Of a stretch of 64,000 nt of DNA, positions 57,114 through 64,000 are shown one piece after another. How positions within the stretch are numbered: the stretch's first letter is position 1; each line of letters opens with the position of its first letter. The notes below the pieces were generated by a model, which did not search any database, had not been told where the DNA came from, and saw nothing but the letters and a program-made list of their open reading frames with translations. The stretch comes from Craspedostauros australis (lineage: Eukaryota), in NCBI GenBank assembly GCA_030167865.1, contig JALAGF010006669.1:1-64000 (forward strand), given 5' to 3'. The translations under genes were made by a program, and so were the position numbers.

Positions 57114-58598
57114 ATGTCCTCCCCTCTCCAGTCGGACCACCCACATTGGCTTCCTTCCGATGGAAGTGAAATCGATGACGAGAACAGCACTCACAGCAGC
57201 GCCATGAGCATTCGCTCCATCACCGCCAAATCTATTCCTGCAAATGCAACCCCAGCCTCCATTCGTGACGACGCCGCTGACGTTGATCCACCTGCTGCAG
57301 GTCCCTCTGACGAGGTCGTCGTCCTCCCAGATGGCCTTGTTGATGAAGGTATGGCCACCTCCGACGAGGAGATTGACACTGCAACGATGAAGATCCTCTC
57401 CATCCCAACCACAAAGCGCGTCAACCGGTCGACGGCGAGGGCTCTGCGTGCTGTTCAGGCCGCCAAGTCAGCCACCAAGTACCTCAAGGTCAAGAAGGAG
57501 AAGACCGACAACACCATCCCCTCATCGTTGCAGGTGAAGATCAAGAAGGAGAAGACTGATGACAGCATCCCCTCGTCATCCTCAAAGGCTGCAAAAGCAT
57601 CACGTACTTCCAAGCAGAAGGGCACGGCCCGAGGACACACTCACATGATGTACTCGATGGAGTACCCCCCAGTGTACCCCTGGATCGAGATGCCGCGCCC
57701 CATTGATGTATCCATGATGATGTACGTGTGGGCCAACGACCCCAAGCCTTGGGAGTCCGTTTCTCTGCATTATTGGAAGGCATGCAGTCAGCATCTCTTC
57801 AAGTCAAAGGCATTGGGGTTGAACAAGGTGCCTCGCGCAAGAGGTCTTGCCGAGCGGTTCGAATACCTGATGGTGTTTGTGGACTACTACATTCAAGACC
57901 AAGATCACAGGACAGGTGGCAACGAGTCCTATCCGGACTACTTGAAGAAGCTCACCGAGATCCGAGAGCTCCGACATTTGTTCTCCTCGAAGAAGAACAA
58001 CACAGTGGAGCAACAACAGGAGGAGAAGCGGGTTATTGAGAATATGTTGGATCGGATGCTGGGGAAGCGTCCTCCCATTCTCATCTGCAGCTCCTCAAAA
58101 GGGAAAGCGAAGAAGGGTGGCAACAGCGGCAACAGTGCCCAGTCCTCGGATGACTCATCAAAAAAGAAGGCATCAAAGAAAACAAGAACTTCTGTACATG
58201 ATGTGAAGGAAGAGCACAAACAAACTCTCCTGCTCGCAACTGCATTGGAGAAGGCTCAGGAAAAAATCTGTGAGCGGATTGACAAAAAGAAGAAAAGATC
58301 CAATCCACCTCCAATCAAGGTGGTGGACATCAACTGCATTGCTGCCACTACCTCTCCAGGCACTGCAGCCACAGATTGCAATTCTCTCACCAGCTCCGCA
58401 ACATTGCCACTTTTGCATGCTCTGCACCAGCAGCAAGAGCTGCTTCAAGACATGAAGCACAAGCAACAGCAACAGCACGAGCGCGCTGAGCAACATCATC
58501 ATGAGGTGTTCGCTCAGCAGGCAAGCATTGCCACCAGCTTGAAGGAGCTTGTTGGCATCCTTGGCAAGCAACAATCGAATGGCACTCAATCACCATGA
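57114..58598 (+). CDS. Transposon ORF2, putative Myb/SANT-like (trihelix) DNA-binding partner
   Basis: Intact 494-aa ORF inside the TIRs. Core W..C...L......AR...ERF..L......RTG followed by basic and coiled-coil/Q-rich regions, the layout typical of Harbinger ORF2. Internal duplication KVKKEKTDNTIPSS / KIKKEKTDDSIPSS. Confidence 0.75.
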   Translation: MSSPLQSDHPHWLPSDGSEIDDENSTHSSAMSIRSITAKSIPANATPASIRDDAADVDPPAAGPSDEVVVLPDGLVDEGMATSDEEIDTATMKILSIPTTKRVNRSTARALRAVQAAKSATKYLKVKKEKTDNTIPSSLQVKIKKEKTDDSIPSSSSKAAKASRTSKQKGTARGHTHMMYSMEYPPVYPWIEMPRPIDVSMMMYVWANDPKPWESVSLHYWKACSQHLFKSKALGLNKVPRARGLAERFEYLMVFVDYYIQDQDHRTGGNESYPDYLKKLTEIRELRHLFSSKKNNTVEQQQEEKRVIENMLDRMLGKRPPILICSSSKGKAKKGGNSGNSAQSSDDSSKKKASKKTRTSVHDVKEEHKQTLLLATALEKAQEKICERIDKKKKRSNPPPIKVVDINCIAATTSPGTAATDCNSLTSSATLPLLHALHQQQELLQDMKHKQQQQHERAEQHHHEVFAQQASIATSLKELVGILGKQQSNGTQSP

Positions 58599-59572
58599 GC
58601 AATCCTTCAAAAAATTGCTGCTGTGTTTTCTCACACCTTCTCCTTCCCTTCCATGACAGCTGCATTCCGTTTCTCCTCCATTTCATTCTTATGTCCCATT
58701 CATGATACACACTTGCACTGCCCCCATCACACCCAACCACCAAATGGATAGCAATATCACACTACAGCAAAAAGGACTGATGCATCACCCCATTCCCTAT
58801 GCTGCCACATCCACGATCCACACCTTGATGCATTCCAGAGTCCATCGGCCTATCCATGGATTTGTGCATTTTGCCTCCACCTGCCACACCATCGTTTCCT
58901 CTTCTACCGTCAACATTGGACATCTGCAAAGTGACAGATGTCCAATGTTTGCTTCAATCCATCAATCTTTGGATGCAGCCACAACAACAACCCTCAAGCA
59001 AAGCGGAGTAAGTCTCAATAGTGAACCCGTTTCCTATACAGAGTACTCAATTTGCAGTCTTCATGCAACGTCCTGTCTTCTCATGTTCAACCTGCACGCC
59101 CAATCGCATCCTTCGTGCACACATACGATGGTATCCGCGGCGCAAACTGCTCGTGTGCAATTCTAATCCATCGTCGTCATCCTCGTCATCCTCATCATCC
59201 TCGCCGCCATGCCTGTGAACGTCCGGTTCATGCTTTCCAAGATGCACGGAGGAGGGCACGAGCATTCCTCCAACCAGTCCATGGTACTCCCCATCGTCAC
59301 TAGCAGCAGCATCCGCGCGCAACACGCCAACTTATTCTCTTGATGGCCATGGTCACGGCAACCACCATCGCCACCACTGCCATCAACATCGTCACAACAT
59401 CGGCTGCTTGTGCAATCGATGGCTGGTGGAATGGAAAAATTATGCGCGGATTTGACGCTAGAATCCTCTGTCCTTTGCTGTCCATGAAATGATCATCATC
59501 CCCGTTGCAACACACAATGACAGCCTGCGCCGATCAAGGGTGGATTGAAACACACGCGCCCCTCTTCGCATA

Positions 59573-61549
59573 CCATCATCAGCAACGCCATCATCAGCAA
59601 CGCCATCATTTGCGACGCCATCATCAGCGATGCCATCATCAGTGACGCCATAACTTGCGACGCCGTCATCAGCAATGCCATCATCAGTGACGCCATCATC
59701 AGTGACGCCATCATTTGCGACGCCATCATTTGCGACGCCATCATCAGTGACGCCATCATCAGGGACGCCATAACTTGCGATGCCATCATCAGCGATGCCA
59801 TCATCAGTGACGCCATCATTTGCGACGCCATCATCAGCAATGCCATCATCAGCAATGCCATCATCAGCAATGCCATCATCAGCAATGCCATCATCAGCAA
59901 TGCCATCATCAGCAACGCCATCATCAGCGACGCCATAATTTGCGACGCCATCATCAGCGACTCCATCATCCGCACCGCCATCATCCGCAACACCATCATC
60001 CGCAACACCATCATCCGCGACGCCATAATTTGCGACGCCATCATCAGCGATGCCAGCATCAGCGACGCCATAATTTGCGGCGCCATCATCACCGATGCCA
60101 TCATCAGTGACGCCATCATCAGCGTTGCCATCATCACCAACGCCATCATTTGCGACATTATTATCAGCGATGCCATCATCAGCAACGCCATCATCAGTGA
60201 CGCCATAACTTGCGACGCCATCATCAGCGATGCCATCATTTGCGACGCCATCATTTGCAACGCCATCATCAGCAATGCCATCATCAGTGACGCCATCATT
60301 TGCGACGCCATCATTTGCGACGCCATCATCAGCAATGCCATCATCAGCAACGCCATTATCAGCGACGCCATCATCAGCGACGCCATCATCAGCGATGCCA
60401 TCATCCGCAACGCCATCATCAGCAACGCCATCATCAGTGACGCCATCAACAGTGACGCCATCATTAGCAACGCCATCATCCGCGATGCCATAATTTGCGA
60501 CGCCATCATCAGCAACGCCATCATTTGCGACGCTATCATCAGTGACGCCATCATCCGCAACNNNNNNNNNNNNNNNNNNNNNNNNNNNNNNNNNNNNNNN
60601 NNNNNNNNNNNNNNNNNNNNNNNNNNNNNNNNNNNNNNNNNNNNNNNNNNNNNNNNGCGACGCCATCATCAGCGACGCCATCATCAGCAACGCCATCATC
60701 AGCGATGCCATCATCAGCAACGCCATCATCAGCAACGCCATCATCAGTGACGCCATCAACAGTGACGCCATCATTTGCGACGCCATCATCAGTGACGATA
60801 TCATCAGCGACGCCACAGCAACTCCATCATTTGCGACGTTATTGTCAGCGACGCCATCATCAGCAACGCCATCATCCGCAACGCCATCATCCGCAACGCC
60901 ATCATCCGCGACGCCATCATCCGCAACGCCATCATCAGCAACGCCATAATTTGCGACGCCATCATCAGCGACGCCATAATTTGCGATGCCATCATCAGCA
61001 ACGCCATCATCAGCAACGCCATCAACAGTGACGCCATAATTTGCGACGCCATAATTTGCGACGCCATCATCAGCAACGCCATCATCAGCGACGTCATAAT
61101 TTGCGACGCCATCAATTGCAACGCCATCATTTGCAACGCCATCATCAGCGACTCCATCATTTGCGACGTTATTGTCAGCGACGCCATCATCCGCAACGCC
61201 ATCATCAGCGATGCCATCATCCGTGAAGCCATCATCCGTGAAGCCATAATTTGCAACGCCATCATCAGCGATGCCATCATCAGCAACGCCATAATTTGCG
61301 ACGCCATCATCATCAACGCCATCATCAGTGACGCCATCATCAGCGACGCCATAACTTGCGACGCCATCATCAGCGATGCCATCATCCGTGAAGCCATCAT
61401 CCGTGAAGCCATCATTTGCAACGCCATCATCAGCGATGCCATCATCAGCGATGCCATCATCAGCAACGCCATCATCAGCGATGCCATCATTTGCGACGGT
61501 ATCATTTGTGACAATATCATCAGCGACGCCATCATTTGCAACGCCATCA
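59573..61549. repeat. 15-bp minisatellite, consensus GCCATCATCAGCGAC, about 130 units
   Basis: Directly visible tandem array, interrupted by a 95-N gap (60562-60656) and one 4-nt-shorter unit near 60811-60822. Confidence 0.97.
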
Positions 61550-61649
61550 CATGCGCCACGAACGCGATGTAACTAGGACATAGTAACAGTTGATTATGTA
61601 TGGCACTATCGAAAGTGCACAGTATTGAAATGAACGACAGCCAATTGGA

Positions 61650-62864
61650 TCATGGAATCAAGCTGATATACTCCTCCATGGACAGCTTTTCAGATGTGTA
61701 TCGTGATGATTGCTCATTGCCATAGAGTGTGCAACGAAGGTTGGTGAAAAATGCCGCAATGTACTGCATGTGGGTGAGCGGATTCCAATACATCTTGAGC
61801 TGATTCTTCACCCCCAGCAATGGGAAGTTCCTGCCGATCTCCATGAACTCCCACTCAACACAGATTCGTGCACTAGACATGTCCTTGTTGCACAGAGCTT
61901 CAGAAGAACCCCGAGTGGTGTTGCGAAATGCACCAAGGATGTATGCTGTTGTTTGGTACGCCGGATCGCCATACAAACAATACAGCGGATCGTGACCAGG
62001 CAACGGCATCAATTGGCGCAAGTGATCCTCAACTTCACTCTCACGCAGCATGTGCATGTCATGACAGGCACCCAGGATGGGCCCATAGTAATGAAGAATC
62101 AATCCATCTGCACCAACAATCCCTTGAAACTTCACTCCATGCAGATGCTTGTGTCCAGAATACGCCAATTCTTGGTTGTAGGTTGGTCGGCACGTCGCAG
62201 AGAACGTCCCGTCAACGAAGCCGATGACATTGTTGACCAATTGTTTTGTGAGCTTGCAGACATTGCCAGCGTACTGCTGAAAGCGAGGGTAGAACAGCCC
62301 AATGTCACTCAGGTATGGAGCCGCGATTTCATAGAAGTAAAGAAAGAAGGTGGAACAGATACAAGAAAGCCTGTTGACATCCATATCGAAGCGATCCTCC
62401 ATGTCAATCAATCGATCTCGATGAGCCAATCGATACAGCATGATCAGAACACCGACCTCGAAGGACACAGCCAAGCGATTCTTCACCTGTATAGATCTGG
62501 GATCGGCCTCGCCAGACACAGCGTTGAATTTTGGCCAAAGCGCGACGAGGATTCGACGCAGGTGGTCCTTCCGAAACCGGAAGTGTTTCAGAGCATCCCT
62601 CTCTGACAGCTGACGAATTGTGACACCACGATTGCTATGAATCCGTGGAGGATCCAGTGGAAGAAGGTATTGATGCTGTAGTTGCAGGGTGTGCACGCCA
62701 AGGGCAAGCACATTGCGGAAGTGCAGAAGGAGATCCTCCATGTCGTCATCGTCAAGATCATCTATTGGAAGCTGAGCTAGCCATGTAGCGGCACGCACGA
62801 ATCTGGCCCTTGCCTCTGCGCAGGCCTCGCGCTCGGGCAAGCAATTCCACACGCGTTGAGACAT
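61650..62864 (-). CDS. Harbinger/HARBI1-type DDE transposase (DDE_Tnp_4-like), intact
   Basis: Motifs: FRFRK, L.IMLYRLA..R..DM...F (HTH region), IGFVDGT (D), YSGHK..HG.KFQ, GPI.G..HD..ML, LYGDPAY (D), N..MSSARICVEWEF (E). Start could be ATG 62912 or 62864. Confidence 0.93.
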   Translation of the reverse strand: MSQRVWNCLPEREACAEARARFVRAATWLAQLPIDDLDDDDMEDLLLHFRNVLALGVHTLQLQHQYLLPLDPPRIHSNRGVTIRQLSERDALKHFRFRKDHLRRILVALWPKFNAVSGEADPRSIQVKNRLAVSFEVGVLIMLYRLAHRDRLIDMEDRFDMDVNRLSCICSTFFLYFYEIAAPYLSDIGLFYPRFQQYAGNVCKLTKQLVNNVIGFVDGTFSATCRPTYNQELAYSGHKHLHGVKFQGIVGADGLILHYYGPILGACHDMHMLRESEVEDHLRQLMPLPGHDPLYCLYGDPAYQTTAYILGAFRNTTRGSSEALCNKDMSSARICVEWEFMEIGRNFPLLGVKNQLKMYWNPLTHMQYIAAFFTNLRCTLYGNEQSSRYTSEKLSMEEYISLIP

Positions 62865-63551
62865 CTTTGGGAGAAGTCCATTGTGGGAACATATGCGAGG
62901 CAAGTGGTGCATATGACCAACATGGCAGAGACACTGAAACGGAAGAGGAGGCAAAGATACGAACAAGCACGAACATGCAGGTGGAAGAGCTGAACATTAT
63001 TTTTTGTTCGTTGTGAACGGAAACGACAAGTGGAGAGGAACGAACTTCCTCTTGTGAGAATCTCGCGCCAAAGCAGGCTACTCGAAAACATGGATAAGGC
63101 TAGACAACCTTGATGACGTCATCGTATGATTACTTTGATTTACGTCAGTCCTTCCAAGATTCAATGTCACAGCGAACCTTGGGGGGAGGCGTCCCAAATC
63201 GCGTCACATCGACAGTTTCAGGGGATGGCTTAAAGTTACCAGCGATAACTCTCTATTGGGAATGGTTCGCGTTTGCAAGTTCTCCAAGACGGTAGCTGAC
63301 GCAGTACAAATGCTCAGAAGATCGAGTTTCAACCACCCACAGGAACAAGTGCACGAAGTTCGGTCAGATTTTTTCCCAGGTTCGTCATCCCTCCACTGCG
63401 CAGCGATCTGCTGCGAGTCCAGGCAGCTTCCCGAAGCAATCCTCCGATTGGTACATCATCTCAGCTCCGTTCGGTCCTCGATTTTAACCAAGTCGCATCA
63501 CATCACATCAAATCACATCACATCGCGATCGAAGAGACGACGACAAGCATC

Positions 63552-64000
63552 ATGGACGGCCCTACAGTTCCCTGGACGATGGCGGATGTCAGCAAGTTGG
63601 GTGGCAACAAGGCCTTCTTGCTGTACCACGTGATGGGCTCCGGGTGCAGCTACATGACGCCGCTGGGCTGCGCGCTGGGTGCTGCCATACTCCCGACGTT
63701 CGGAACCACCCTCGGTGGTGGCAAGCCTCTCACCACGTTGCAGGCAGCCGGTGTGGGTGGCATGGCTGGCGGCGCCCTCGGTGGCACCTTGGGCATGATG
63801 GCCATGATCAAGGCGAGCCACAGCAACAATCCCAACATGCCCTGGACCGATGACGGCATCCAAATGCGCGTGGATGGCCTGTCACACAACTACATGGTGC
63901 GGGCGTTGGACTTGGGCATGTGGTTGGGTGCCGCAGCTGCCGGCGGCGCTCTGCTGGCGTACGGCGGTCCCCAGAAGCTGGGACTTTCGAGCGGTACCCT
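63552..64000 (+). CDS. Glycine-rich membrane protein, truncated by the window end; function unknown
   Basis: Not in the ORF track because it has no stop in the window. ATG 63552 opens MDGPTVPWTMADVSKLGGNKAFLLYHVMG...GGMAGGALGGTLG...WTDDGIQMRVDGLSHN...LDLGMWLGAAAAGG with coding-like codon bias. Confidence 0.75.
   Translation, partial: MDGPTVPWTMADVSKLGGNKAFLLYHVMGSGCSYMTPLGCALGAAILPTFGTTLGGGKPLTTLQAAGVGGMAGGALGGTLGMMAMIKASHSNNPNMPWTDDGIQMRVDGLSHNYMVRALDLGMWLGAAAAGGALLAYGGPQKLGLSSGT

Larger units (their letters stand above)
56466..63254. mobile_element. Full-length PIF/Harbinger-superfamily (PHIS) DNA transposon, 6789 bp as assembled
   Basis: TIRs at 56466-56490 (AGAGAGTTATCGCATGTAACTTCAA) and 63230-63254 (reverse complement AGAGAGTTATCGCTGGTAACTTTAA; 22/25 identical, first 13 perfect). 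ATT is duplicated at 56463-65 and 63255-57. Encloses a DDE transposase and a partner ORF. Confidence 0.92.

Noticed and set aside
59047..59325. Acidic mini-ORF (DDEDDEDDDD) as a third transposon gene
   Set aside because: Short, non-ATG start, and derived from a simple (CATCCT/CGT) repeat.
59573..61549. CRISPR-like or guide-RNA array
   Set aside because: Units are contiguous with no unique spacers, there are no cas-like genes, and the context is eukaryotic.
59496..61559. ORF-track proteins made of MMASL, HHQRR or PSSAT repeats
   Set aside because: These are automatic by-products of a 15-bp repeat with few stops. Some cross an N-gap, and none has unique domains.
61710..62606. 298-aa plus-strand ORF overlapping the transposase
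   Set aside because: Antisense shadow of the transposase with no motifs.
1..64000. tRNA, rRNA or telomeric repeats
   Set aside because: None recognised by eye. tRNAscan-SE or Infernal would be needed to exclude small RNA genes.

Overview
Eukaryotic nuclear DNA, most likely from a diatom or related stramenopile. The evidence is short GT-AG introns, bipartite 'ASAF'-type plastid presequences, helicase-associated (HA) domain and ankyrin families, and scaffold N-gaps. About 20 host genes are readable: an SDR, an ankyrin protein, a lumenal protein with by-eye similarity to peridinin-chlorophyll protein, a small mitochondrial-type protein, an inactive rhomboid, an FHA-PP2C phosphatase, MIC10, CDC50/LEM3, an At5g03900-like plastid protein, a Cys-rich GPI-type surface protein, an HA-domain protein, a steroid 5-alpha-reductase, a Tat-type lumen protein, a DusA-like synthase, a SohB-like S49 peptidase, an RluA synthase, DBP4/DDX10, a large WW protein, DUF3067 and a truncated membrane protein. 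There are also decayed MATE and ankyrin pseudogenes. Two DNA transposons sit in head-to-head promoter regions. One is a TA-flanked non-autonomous TIR element (18218-20258). The other, the most striking feature, is an apparently intact 6.8-kb PIF/Harbinger-superfamily element (56466-63254; 25-bp TIRs, ATT target duplication). Its convergent DDE transposase and Myb/SANT-like partner gene are separated by a ~2-kb array of about 130 15-bp repeats. All family assignments come from motif recognition by eye; no searches were run.
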